In this document: piece after piece, positions 51,077-60,433 of the stretch
Numbering within the stretch: the stretch's first letter is position 1
Layout of the letters: every line of letters begins with the position of its first letter
Source of the DNA: an uncultured Gammaproteobacteria bacterium
GTDB taxonomy: Bacteria > Pseudomonadota > Gammaproteobacteria > JACCXJ01
Length of the DNA stretch: 64,000 bases
NCBI GenBank assembly: GCA_963764725.1
Contig: CAVXTM010000015.1
Location: forward strand, 32,001 to 96,000
Direction: 5' to 3'
Notes under the pieces: model-generated
Database searches by the model: none
The model's input: the letters and a program-made list of their open reading frames with translations, nothing else
Told to the model about the DNA's origin: nothing
Made by a program: the position numbers and the translations under genes

Positions 51077-52783
51077 ATGGGATGGGAGCGGGAAGGTCAA
51101 CTGCGCCTCATTCGACGAGTGAGCGTCGTTCCATGGGTCGTGTTGCCGGTGCTCCTCGGGATCACAGCGGTGGTTCAGGCTTATGCCGCAGCGACGACAC
51201 TGACCGCCGGCGGAAAGCATACGTGCGCGCTCCGCTTCGACGGCAGGCCCGTATGCTGGGGTTCGCTAGCATCACCGTTCAGTCACCACTTCGTGCAGCT
51301 CAGTGCTGGCTTTGAACACACTTGCGGATTGCGCTCCGATGGTGCCGTGACGTGTTGGGGCGATAACGATCTTGGACAAGCAGCCCCACCGAGTGGCGGC
51401 TTTACCGAAGTCAGCGCTGGCGAATCCCATACCTGCGGGATTCGCCCGGGTGGCCGCGTGGAATGCTGGGGTGACAATCGCTCTGGACAAGCAGCGCCCC
51501 CCGATGATCCGTTCACCCACCTCAGTGCGGGGAGCTGGCACACCTGTGGGGTGCGCCCGGATGGCACAGTGAGGTGCTGGGGGAGCAATTGGTTGTTTTA
51601 TCGACCATTGACGCCTCCGCCCGGCAGTTTCGTCCAAATCGCCGCCGGGCAGTTGCATTCCTGTGGGCGGCGTGCCGATGGCACCGCCGCTTGCTGGGGA
51701 AGCGATTTCTATGGTCAGAGCAGTCCCCCGCCCGGTGCATTCATCCAGCTTAGCGCGGGCCGCTACCACACCTGCGGACTGCGGCCCGAGGGTCAGGTGA
51801 CCTGCTGGGGGAACAATAACTACAAACAAAGCGACGTGCCGAACGGTGTATTCATAGAAGTTGCCGCGGGCGGCTATCACACCTGCGCGGTACGCCCGAC
51901 CGGGCGGGTCGAGTGTTGGGGAGAAAACCGCTATAGACAGGCTAGCCCTCCTGGCGATAGCCTAGGTCTCGGACGTGTAAGCGCGGGCGGATTACACAGC
52001 TGTCAGCGGCAGAATAACGGTTACGTTCAATGCTGGGGATCCAACAGGGACGGGCAGGCAAAAGCCCCCGAACCGCCCTTCACGCAGATCAGTGCAGGGT
52101 ACATGCACACCTGCGGGCTGCGTCCCGACGGTAACGTAGCATGCTGGGGATCTAACTCAGATAGGCAATCCAGGCCCCCGGCCGGTAGCTTCGTCCAGGT
52201 TAGTGCGGGATACCTGCATACCTGCGGGCTGCGCCCCGACGGTCGCGCGGAATGCTGGGGGAAAAGGCATTCGTACCAAGGAACGCCCACCGAGGGTGCC
52301 TTTCGCGAGCTCAGCAGCGGTGGCGTACACACTTGCGGGCTACGCCCCGATGGCCACGTGCAATGCTGGGGGCTCAACTCAGATGGACAGCTAACCGCAC
52401 CCGGGGCCCTCTTCATGGACATCAGTGCGGGTGGCATGCACACGTGCGGGCTACATCCGGATGGGCACGCACAGTGCTGGGGGTCCAATTCGGATGGACA
52501 AAGCACACCGCGGGCCGGTAGCTTCGTCCAGGTCAGTGCGGGATACCTGCATACCTGTGGGCTGCGCCCCGACGGTCGCGTAGAGTGCTGGGGAAACAAC
52601 TATCGACAGACGCTCGCCGCAGTAGTGGGCGAGTTCATTCAAATCGCCGCGGGCGGCGACCACACCTGCGGGGTACGCCCCGACGGCAGCGTCGCTTGCT
52701 GGCGCTCCATGAGCGTGCTCGATACGAAACCTGCACCAACTGTAAGAGGAGGTATTGAATACCCATTTCCACCCATGCGTTAA
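51077..52783 (+). CDS. Secreted RCC1/BLIP-II-like repeat protein, 14 repeats
   Basis: Hydrophobic N-terminus then 14 copies of (F..)SAG..HTCG.R.DG...CWG at about 37-aa period. Confidence 0.88.
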   Translation: MGWEREGQLRLIRRVSVVPWVVLPVLLGITAVVQAYAAATTLTAGGKHTCALRFDGRPVCWGSLASPFSHHFVQLSAGFEHTCGLRSDGAVTCWGDNDLGQAAPPSGGFTEVSAGESHTCGIRPGGRVECWGDNRSGQAAPPDDPFTHLSAGSWHTCGVRPDGTVRCWGSNWLFYRPLTPPPGSFVQIAAGQLHSCGRRADGTAACWGSDFYGQSSPPPGAFIQLSAGRYHTCGLRPEGQVTCWGNNNYKQSDVPNGVFIEVAAGGYHTCAVRPTGRVECWGENRYRQASPPGDSLGLGRVSAGGLHSCQRQNNGYVQCWGSNRDGQAKAPEPPFTQISAGYMHTCGLRPDGNVACWGSNSDRQSRPPAGSFVQVSAGYLHTCGLRPDGRAECWGKRHSYQGTPTEGAFRELSSGGVHTCGLRPDGHVQCWGLNSDGQLTAPGALFMDISAGGMHTCGLHPDGHAQCWGSNSDGQSTPRAGSFVQVSAGYLHTCGLRPDGRVECWGNNYRQTLAAVVGEFIQIAAGGDHTCGVRPDGSVACWRSMSVLDTKPAPTVRGGIEYPFPPMR

Positions 52784-52816
52784 GAATCCTCGGCTGTGCG
52801 TGCTTCCTGCGGATCG

Positions 52817-53971
52817 TTACAGGTAACGCTCGGAGAGCAGCGCGTAGATCGCACTCCACATGCGCACTCCGTCCATCGCATCCGGCGCTACATCGACGTG
52901 CGCCAGGCCGCGGGGGAGGAAGATCTGACTCTGTCCCGCGGGGAGAGCCGCGGCCAAGGCTACGCTCTCGGTGTAGGGGATCATCGAATCGTCGACGCCG
53001 TGGACGAGAATGAATCGGGTCTCGAGCCGTGAGAGATCGCGCGCGGCGAGGTTAAGTCGCTCGACATCCGTTCGCAACGCCGGAGGAAACCGGCTCAGCA
53101 GGTGCGCGCTGCGCGCGGGGTCCCGGTTCACGATGAAATCGTAGACTTGGCGGGCCTCGGCACTGAGAGAGGTGAGGAGATCACTGACCTCCGCCTTTGG
53201 ATTTACTAATTTCCGCCGCGCCAGCGTGCCGAGGAGATAGCGTTCGCGGGCATTTTCGAGACGCGAGGCGTTACTGACCGCGTAGACCCATTTCCCGTAT
53301 TCATGCGGCTCATTTCTTAACGAAAGACCATAGGCCTCATAGTGCCCGGTCGTGAAATAGGTCAGCACGCGCGGCAGATCGAAATAGCCGCCGACGGAAA
53401 TAAGAAAAGGTACCCGCCGCGACAAGGAGGAGTCGAGCAAGGCCAAGAGCGCGGGTCCGACGGCGACACTCGTCGTCAGGATGCCCGCACGGCCGGCGGG
53501 CGTTAGCTCTTTCCGGGAGCGCAGATAGGTGACGGCGTCGGCCACGTCGCGGCGGCTTTCGGGTAGCAGCTTTAGCTCACGCAAGGCGACGATGTCGGGT
53601 ACCAACACCGCGAAGCGCGCGCGTGCCAGGGTGGTCGCAAAGCGGATGACGCGCGGGTCCTCCTTGCCCTCGGCGGCGGCACCGGGGACGAAAACGATCC
53701 CCGCGAGCACCGGATCGGCCGTGCGGTAAAGATCTGCCCGATAGTGACGCTCCTCAACCGCGAAGCTGAGGGGTGTGTGCAGTGCGGCAGGACGGATGTC
53801 GATCGCCGCCGCCGGTGCGCGCTGAACGAGATCGAGGAGCGTCAACAAGGCCTCGTAACCCTGGCAGAGGTTGCGCGCGTAGACCACGGCCAATGCGATG
53901 GCCGATCCCAGGAGGACGCCGAGGACCCAGCGGCGCGCTGAGAGCTTGTGAATAAACCTTCTGCGCGTCAC
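52817..53971 (-). CDS. Membrane-anchored alpha/beta-hydrolase-fold protein
   Basis: N-terminal TM; FVPG, S in TTSVAVG, VHGVDD..IP, LAHVD. Confidence 0.65.
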   Translation of the reverse strand: MTRRRFIHKLSARRWVLGVLLGSAIALAVVYARNLCQGYEALLTLLDLVQRAPAAAIDIRPAALHTPLSFAVEERHYRADLYRTADPVLAGIVFVPGAAAEGKEDPRVIRFATTLARARFAVLVPDIVALRELKLLPESRRDVADAVTYLRSRKELTPAGRAGILTTSVAVGPALLALLDSSLSRRVPFLISVGGYFDLPRVLTYFTTGHYEAYGLSLRNEPHEYGKWVYAVSNASRLENARERYLLGTLARRKLVNPKAEVSDLLTSLSAEARQVYDFIVNRDPARSAHLLSRFPPALRTDVERLNLAARDLSRLETRFILVHGVDDSMIPYTESVALAAALPAGQSQIFLPRGLAHVDVAPDAMDGVRMWSAIYALLSERYL

Positions 53972-53992
53972 GATAGCTGCGTTGCGCGGGTC
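53942..53992 (+). repeat. MITE family A remnant forming the first codons of the 52817-53971 gene
   Basis: TGA|GAGCTTGTGAATAAACCTTCTGCGCG..GCTGCGTTGCGCGGGTC aligns to 38186-38235. Confidence 0.6.
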
Positions 53993-54056
53993 ATCATGAT
54001 CTCGCTTTGGTCACTGATAGGATAATATAAAGCATCACCATTAAGACCGGGCGATT

Positions 54057-54536
54057 ATGAGCTTTGCGACCGCCGATCTCTACGATCAGCACGAACACAG
54101 GGTCCAGGTGCTGGCGCCCATGTTGTCCGACTATGGGGGCAAGCGGCGGTTTTCCGGGCCGATCGCGACCGTCAAGGTCTTCGAGGATAATAGCCTGGTA
54201 CGCGCGGCGCTCGAGGAGCCTGGCGCTGGCAAGGTGTTGGTCATCGATGGCGGCGGGTCGCTCCGCTGCGCGCTGGTCGGCGATAAGCTGGCGGAGCTGG
54301 CGAGCCGGAACGGCTGGGCTGGGCTCGTGGTCTATGGGTGCATACGCGATGCCGCGGCCATCGCGACGATCCCGATCGGGCTCAAGGCGGTAAACACCAA
54401 TCCGCGCAAGAGCGTCAAGCAGGGCGCGGGGGATCGGGACATACCGGTGCAGTTCGCGGGGGTCACCTTCACGCCAGGCGGGTATCTGTATGCCGACGAA
54501 GACGGCGTCTTGATCTCGGAACAATCCCTGGCGTGA
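54057..54536 (+). CDS. rraA: RraA family protein (RNase E regulator / HMG aldolase-like)
   Basis: TADLYD, FEDN..V, VIDGGGS...AL.GD, GCIRD, YADEDG. Confidence 0.92.
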   Translation: MSFATADLYDQHEHRVQVLAPMLSDYGGKRRFSGPIATVKVFEDNSLVRAALEEPGAGKVLVIDGGGSLRCALVGDKLAELASRNGWAGLVVYGCIRDAAAIATIPIGLKAVNTNPRKSVKQGAGDRDIPVQFAGVTFTPGGYLYADEDGVLISEQSLA

Positions 54537-54539
54537 TCT

Positions 54540-55373
54540 ATGAAATTTAAGGTCGCCTGTATCCAGAACTGTGCCGACGACGATGTGGCCGAAAACATCA
54601 CGATGGCGACGGAGCTTGTGCGCGCGGCGCGCGAGGCGGGTGCCGATCTCATCTGCTTGCCGGAGAATTTTTCCCTGATCCAAGTCAACGATGCGCGCCT
54701 GCTGGCGCAAGCCCATACGGAAGAAACGCACCCCGCGATCCCGCACTTCGAGGTTTTGGCGCGCGAGCTCGGCGCCTGGATCTTGATGGGTTCCTTGGCG
54801 ATCAAGGTGCCCTCTGGGAAGATCAACAACCGCTCGTATTTGCTCGATGATAACGGGCATGTCATCGCCTCATACAACAAGCTCCATCTCTTCGATGTAA
54901 ATCTTAAGGCCGGAGAAAGCTACCGGGAATCTGCCACCGTCGAGCCGGGGGATCGGGCCGTGGTGGCAGCCACGCCTTGGGGCGGGATCGGGCTGTCGGT
55001 GTGTTACGATTTGCGTTTCGCGCACCTCTACCGAGCGCTTGCCCAGGCAGGGGCATGGTATCTCTCGATCCCCGCGGCCTTTACGCGCACGACCGGGCAG
55101 GCGCACTGGCACGTGCTGCAGCGGGCCCGCGCTATCGAGACAGGGAGTTATGTTTTCGCCCCGGGTCAGTGCGGTATGCGGCGCAGCGGCCGGGCAACCT
55201 ACGGGCATTCGTTAATCGTGGACCCTTGGGGGCGGATACTGGCCGATGGCGGTGACGAATCTGGATTTGTCATTGCCGAGGTTGACTCCGCGAGGGTCGA
55301 GGAGGCCAGGCAGATGATCCCAGCGTTGCAGCATGACCGTGACTTTACCGGTCCCGAAGCGGATGCGCTTTAA
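54540..55373 (+). CDS. Carbon-nitrogen hydrolase (Nit1/deaminated glutathione amidase-like)
   Basis: LPEN, YNKLHLFDV, VCYDLRF, HW..L.RARAIE, GHS..VDPWG. Confidence 0.92.
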   Translation: MKFKVACIQNCADDDVAENITMATELVRAAREAGADLICLPENFSLIQVNDARLLAQAHTEETHPAIPHFEVLARELGAWILMGSLAIKVPSGKINNRSYLLDDNGHVIASYNKLHLFDVNLKAGESYRESATVEPGDRAVVAATPWGGIGLSVCYDLRFAHLYRALAQAGAWYLSIPAAFTRTTGQAHWHVLQRARAIETGSYVFAPGQCGMRRSGRATYGHSLIVDPWGRILADGGDESGFVIAEVDSARVEEARQMIPALQHDRDFTGPEADAL

Positions 55374-55388
55374 GCGCTCAGTGCATCG

Positions 55389-55420
55389 TTAAGCATAGGT
55401 TAAGCAGCTCTCGGTAAACT
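55389..55420 (+). promoter_or_regulatory. TTAAG-N6-TTAAG response-regulator box with TAAACT -10
   Basis: TTAAG at 55389 and 55400 (extra half-site 55370), TAAACT 55415-20, upstream of the PepSY-RR-HK operon. Confidence 0.65.
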
Positions 55421-55424
55421 TCTC

Positions 55425-55784
55425 TTGGTGATGAAGAATGGATACAGGTTGGCCAGCCCGCCAAGTATGTTGACAGTACATTTCCCGCGGTCGCGACGCG
55501 GGGACCTGGCACGCGCCGCGAGCGCGGTGTTGCTCGCCTGCCTAATCGCCCTGCCGCAGGCGGTGAGCGCGGATCAAGAGGGACGTAACCGGGAGCGGTC
55601 CCGGGGCGGTGGCGAGCGATCCCGGATCGACCCGGACCGGGCGGCGTCCATCGCCCGCCAAAAGTCCGGGGGACGGGTGCTCGGGGTGCAGCCGGGGCGC
55701 AATCGCCACAGTGTCAAGGTGCTGTCCCCCGATGGCCGTGTGTACAAGATCGAAGTCGATCCGCGCACCGGCGACGTACGTTAA
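55425..55784 (+). CDS. PepSY-domain periplasmic protein (start uncertain)
   Basis: Signal peptide; AA..A....GGRVL...VKVL..DGRV..I.VD..TG. Confidence 0.8.
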   Translation: MVMKNGYRLASPPSMLTVHFPRSRRGDLARAASAVLLACLIALPQAVSADQEGRNRERSRGGGERSRIDPDRAASIARQKSGGRVLGVQPGRNRHSVKVLSPDGRVYKIEVDPRTGDVR

Positions 55785-55806
55785 GCGCTGCAATCAAGTT
55801 CTTCCG

Positions 55807-56499
55807 ATGCGATTGCTCTTAGTCGAAGACGAGCGTGCCCTGAGCGATCAGGTGGCGGAGCGGCTGCGCGTCGAGGGCTACGCCGTCGATATCGCGCGCG
55901 ATGGTCAAGAAGCGTTGTATATGGGCGGCGAGTTTCCCATCGATGCCGCGCTCGTTGACCTCGGTCTCCCGAAGCTATCCGGTATCGATGTGATCCGGCG
56001 CTGGCGGGCCGCCGGCCGCACGTTTCCCATCTTGATACTCACGGCGCGCGGGCGCTGGCAAGAAAAGGTGGAAGGCCTCGATACGGGGGCCGACGACTAT
56101 CTGGTTAAGCCGTTCCAATTCGAAGAGCTGCTAGCGCGCTTGCAGGCCCTGATCCGCCGCTCCAAGGGATGGGCCACGCCGTTTCTGGAATGCGGACCGG
56201 TTGCACTGAACACGGCGAGTCAATCCGTGCAGGTCGACGGCGCGCCCGTCGAGCTCACGGCCTTCGAATATAAAGTCTTGGAGTACCTGATGTTGCGCGC
56301 GGGTGAGGTGATCTCCAAGTCGGAGCTCAGCGATCACATCTACGAGGAGGAGTCGGACCGCGACAGCAACGTGCTCGAGGTGCTGGTGGCGCGGTTGCGG
56401 CGTAAGCTCGACCCCGACCGGGTGCTGCAGCCCATCGAGACCCTCCGCGGCCGCGGTTACAGATTCAACCTTGAACCGAGCGGGCGGACTCTCGCTTAA
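55807..56499 (+). CDS. OmpR-family response regulator (PhoP/CarR-like)
   Basis: LLVED, DLGLP, LTAR..WQEKV.GL..GADDYL.KPF, IETLRGRGY. Confidence 0.93.
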   Translation: MRLLLVEDERALSDQVAERLRVEGYAVDIARDGQEALYMGGEFPIDAALVDLGLPKLSGIDVIRRWRAAGRTFPILILTARGRWQEKVEGLDTGADDYLVKPFQFEELLARLQALIRRSKGWATPFLECGPVALNTASQSVQVDGAPVELTAFEYKVLEYLMLRAGEVISKSELSDHIYEEESDRDSNVLEVLVARLRRKLDPDRVLQPIETLRGRGYRFNLEPSGRTLA

Positions 56500-57829
56500 T
56501 GCCCGGCTCCTTGTGGCCGCGAGCGTCGTGCTCGCAGCCTTCCTGGGACTCACCGGACTGACCTTGGACGAGGCTTTCAGGGAGAGCGCGCTAACGGCCG
56601 TCCGCGAGCAACTGAAGGTCCAGATCTATTCCCTGCTTGCCGCCGCTGATCTCGATGACAGCGAGAAACTAGTGGTTCCCAACCGGCTGCCGGAGGTCCG
56701 CCTCGACACCCCGGGTTCTGGCTTGTATGCCCAGGTGAACGACGCCGCGGGGGATGTGGTCTGGCGTTCCCGCTCCATGCTCGGATTGAGCTTGCCTTTC
56801 GCGGCCATCTACCGTACGGGCGAGCCGGCGTTCCATGAGCTGGTGAACTCGGAGGGGGCGCGATTCTTTGCGGTGGGTCTCGGCGTGATCTGGGAAGCCA
56901 GTCCGCAGAAGCGACACGGCTATACGTTCTACGTTGCCGAGAGCACCGAGCCGTTCAATGCCCTGGTAGGCGGTTTCCGGCGCAGTCTCTGGGCTTGGCT
57001 CCTCGGGGCCGCGCTCGTGCTCCTCGGTGTGCAAGCCCTCATCTGGCGCTGGGGGCTCGCGCCGCTGCGCCGGGTCGCCTTGGAGGTAGCGGAGATCGAG
57101 GCCGGGCGCAGGGACGAACTCGGCTCCGCCTACCCGAAGGAGCTGAGACTTCTCACGGAGAGCTTAAACACCTTTTTGAGGAACCGCAGCGCTCACCTTG
57201 AACGCTACCGCAATGCATTGGCCGATCTCGCCCATAGCCTAAAGACGCCGCTCGCGGTCATTCGGGGCGCCGTGGAGGAACGCGAGCGGGGGGAAGGATT
57301 TCAGGAGACGCTGCAAGAACAAGTCGAGCGAATCAACCAGGCCGTGGACTACCAGCTTCAGCGCGCCGCGGCCTCGGGACGGACGGTGCTCGCGGTGCCC
57401 GTGGCGGTCGCACCGCTGGTGCAGAAGCTCCAGCAGTCATTTGCCAAGGTCTACGCCGGAAAAGCGCTGCGTTTCGATTTCTCTTTGGATTCCAGGACCG
57501 TGTTCCATGGGGATGAAAGCGATCTCCTGGAGGTGCTCGGAAATCTCCTGGACAACGCTTGTAAGTGGGCGCGGCGGGAAGTGGCGCTGCGTGTCACGGT
57601 AAACGCCGAGCGGTCTGGATTGCTGCTGGAAGTAGAGGATGACGGACCGGGGATCCCGGAGAATCTATACACACTTATCAGCCAGCGCGGGGTACGCGGC
57701 GACCACAACGTCGCTGGCCACGGCATCGGACTCGCCGTGGTGCGGGAGATCGTGGAGCGGGTCTACGGAGGCACGCTAGAGTTCGGCCGTGCCGAACGCG
57801 GTGGGGCGCTAGCGCGAGTGCGACTGTAG
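56471..57829 (+). CDS. Sensor histidine kinase (PhoQ/CarS-like)
   Basis: Two TMs, HAMP, DLAHSLKTPL, NLLDNA.KW, EDDGPG, GHGIGL. Confidence 0.93.
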   Translation: MNRAGGLSLNARLLVAASVVLAAFLGLTGLTLDEAFRESALTAVREQLKVQIYSLLAAADLDDSEKLVVPNRLPEVRLDTPGSGLYAQVNDAAGDVVWRSRSMLGLSLPFAAIYRTGEPAFHELVNSEGARFFAVGLGVIWEASPQKRHGYTFYVAESTEPFNALVGGFRRSLWAWLLGAALVLLGVQALIWRWGLAPLRRVALEVAEIEAGRRDELGSAYPKELRLLTESLNTFLRNRSAHLERYRNALADLAHSLKTPLAVIRGAVEERERGEGFQETLQEQVERINQAVDYQLQRAAASGRTVLAVPVAVAPLVQKLQQSFAKVYAGKALRFDFSLDSRTVFHGDESDLLEVLGNLLDNACKWARREVALRVTVNAERSGLLLEVEDDGPGIPENLYTLISQRGVRGDHNVAGHGIGLAVVREIVERVYGGTLEFGRAERGGALARVRL

Positions 57830-58017
57830 CCATCGCAGAGCCGAGGATGCATAGCTCCGCCCTTCCTGAGACACGTCGCCAAGCCGTGCTCCAAGCCGCT
57901 GCCACAACGCCGGCCGGTCGGTGCCGGCTGGCGTTCCGTGGATCCCCTCTGTCTCGTGCGTGGCCGACGCCTTCTGGTATCCGCACTACGGTGCCGCACC
58001 TACCATCCGGTGGTCGC

Positions 58018-58644
58018 TTAAGGAAGGGGGTGCTGCACGAAGAATGGCCACACCCAATCGGCTAGATTGAACCCGAAGGGATTGTTGGTCCCATTGGGAT
58101 ATTGATGGGTGACATCGTCAAGAAAAGCGAAGTACAACTCGTTCCCATCGATGTTGCCGGGTTGCGGAATCTGTGCACGTAGCTCTGTCCAGGTTGCACC
58201 GGTCAAGGTCGTGACCGGAGTAGCTTCAAGGTTGAAGGAGTCGAGATTCACCAGGATCCGGTTCTTGATCTGCGGGATCTTGTCGAGATCCGCGGGATTC
58301 AGTGGTAACTCCGTTATCGTAGGCATTCCCAAAGGGATCAGAAAACTGTTGATCGCCTCAAGCCCATTACCGTCCAGGGTGCCAATAGAAAAATACGCAG
58401 AAAGATTGCGGTGCCCGACCAGCGTTTCATGCACCTCGTCCAAACCTGACGTGTGGCAAGCCACCGCCGCGATGAAATCCGAGGCCTCGATGCCTAGACG
58501 TGCACATATTCCCCCGCCGATCGAGAACCCTGCCACATACACGCGCTTGGGATCGGTCGAAAGCTGTTGGATCACGTCATCACCGATTTGACGGATGAGC
58601 TTCACATCATCGGCAGGCCAAGGAGACGTCGCGGGATAGCGTTT
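58018..58644 (-). pseudogene. 5'-truncated esterase / PHB depolymerase-like hydrolase
   Basis: ADDV..I, D..RVYVAGFSIGG, H.YP, W.FF.QHP; no N-terminal half and an in-frame stop just upstream. Confidence 0.65.
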
Positions 58645-58760
58645 TCAGGAGATTCTCCTGTGACTACTCGGGACATCGGTTGAAATGAGACGTTGGAATT
58701 CCTTTGAAGGGACTGGGCTGCCGCCCCGGATGTTGAAACCGCAGCCCAGTTTCATTACAC

Positions 58761-59212
58761 CTACTGGCTCTGAACTAGGACAGGTGCCACGTTACTAATG
58801 TTGATGCCGTTAATATCACGGCACTCCATAACGCTTCTGTAGGAAACCAACGGTTAGTAGCGTCTTTGGAGATCGCCACGAAGAAGGCGTCTTGCGCTCC
58901 TGGCACATCGGAGGCAAATAGGGAAGTAGCGCCATCCGGGGCCTCGCGGATGTCAACCTTTACCTTTTCCGGCGAGGTAGCAAGGGGGCGTATGAGCATC
59001 ACGCTCAGTTTTTCGGGACCCGCTCCCAGGTCGGTCACATTGGCCTTAACCGTGACGGTTAACGCTGGGCATGCGAGCCGGTAAATATCCTCGGAGTTCA
59101 CGGCACCTCCCAGCGCACCGTTGACAGTGAATGCTTGTGCTAAGGACGCGCCGCCCATGCCGCCAAGTAGGACTGCTGCTGCACCCATGGTTCTAAGCGT
59201 ATTCGCTTTCAT
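58761..59212 (-). pseudogene. Small secreted protein, probably frameshifted near 58855
   Basis: RBS AAGGAG, signal peptide; shifted frame gives a plausible end PLVSYRSVMECRDINGINISNVAPVLVQSQ* with a second Cys. Confidence 0.55.
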
Positions 59213-59227
59213 GATAGACTCCTTACC

Positions 59228-59432
59228 GTTAGCAATTGCTAACAATTAACGTCATAACAATGCTGAAGTAGTCCTTCGCTGGACTGTTCAGCGTGGAAAG
59301 CAAAAGTGCGTCTTTTGCCTTCCCCCTTTGTTTTTCAATCATTGCCGGATTGAAAAACGCCGGCGCTCCCTGTGCCGCTTGCAGGCTGCCGCAAACGAGC
59401 GCCGTTTCCGGCAGCCTGTCAATTTCTTCGGT
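59228..59432 (-). promoter_or_regulatory. Multi-hairpin leader element, copy 1
   Basis: Diverged duplicate of 63585-63795; six consecutive inverted repeats ending just before an RBS. Confidence 0.6.
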
Positions 59433-59496
59433 ATCCCACGTTTCCTGGCCTCGTCCCTGACTACCGCGAGAGCCATATCCTTTCACCTGCTTGCCG

Positions 59497-60433
59497 CTAT
59501 TCGGTGTCCACCCGGTGTAGCTCTTGGTTCAACCGGTTTGCGGCTACGGAACGAATGGTCTCGTCTACATCAGAAAGCGCCTCTTGAAGCAGGGCGATCC
59601 CCTGATCCTTTGATTTCGCATTCTCGACGGCCATGATCCGAACCTCGGCGGATGGGTCCCGCAGGGCCCGCCATAAATGCCCCATCACCTCGGGCCCTCC
59701 GCGCATGGCCAGAGCCTGCACGCCATAAGCCCGCACGCTGGCGTCGTCGTCTGTCAGCGCCGTATCTAGGACCGCAGCGACAGCGCCGTCCTCTTCGGCT
59801 GTTCCGCTATCCGTGAGGGCCGCGATGGCTTGGCGACGCATCTGCGGATCTTCGTCGCGACTCATCGCCAGGAAATGGTCGGTCAACGCTTTATCCATTG
59901 GAGGTTCCGCGGCGGTTGCAGGCTTACCGGCTTTCCACGTTTCCCTGGTTGCTGTCAACGCCGACGGTGTTTGCGGGCGCGCTCTGTTGTCCCCTGGCAC
60001 CTCCACCTTGCACGTTGCCAAGTACCCACACTTCCTTCGGGAGAGAGGAAGACGAATATGCTGTGCCGCCGTAACGAAACATGAAGTCGGCCTCGGGACC
60101 GAATAAGCGCTCTATGGCTTGCCTTACTGGAAGGTTCGCGAAGGACACGGTCACCAATCCCGCGAACGGCCAGGAGTGGTGAAACCGGATCCCGGTCTGT
60201 TCTGTAATCTCGGTCAGCACTTGCATCCATGTTCCCGCCTTTGCCTCAACACTGAGCAGACCGTCTCGAAAGCTAACCCGCACCGTCGTGGCATTAGGAC
60301 GCTCAGACCTGAGCGTTGCGGACAGGCTGTCACGAGAACTCTCCGTCGATGCTTCTGCCGCCAGCCAGGTGGCGAGGATCGCCGGGACTGTAAGGCTAAG
60401 GAGCCCAGCTTTACCTAGTGTCATTCTCTTCAT
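59497..60433 (-). pseudogene. Secreted protein with secretin/TonB short N-domain-like region and HEAT repeats, split by a probable frameshift (59924-60021)
   Basis: MKRMTLG signal peptide, LSVEA....VL.EI...TGI...VTVSF..LP...AI.RL; overlapping ORF with D.D..VR HEAT repeats. Confidence 0.6.

Noticed and set aside
51190-52700. RCC1 repeats as a CRISPR array or DGR target
   Set aside because: In-frame coding repeats; no spacers, cas or reverse transcriptase gene; differences not adenine-specific
59280-59330. c-di-GMP-I riboswitch (GGCAAA..GACGCA on the minus strand)
   Set aside because: No GAAA-capped P2 stem between the motifs, and not kept in the second copy
59385-59410. Sigma-54 promoter within the hairpin leader
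   Set aside because: GG-GC spacing is 9 rather than 10 and the GG is missing in copy 2
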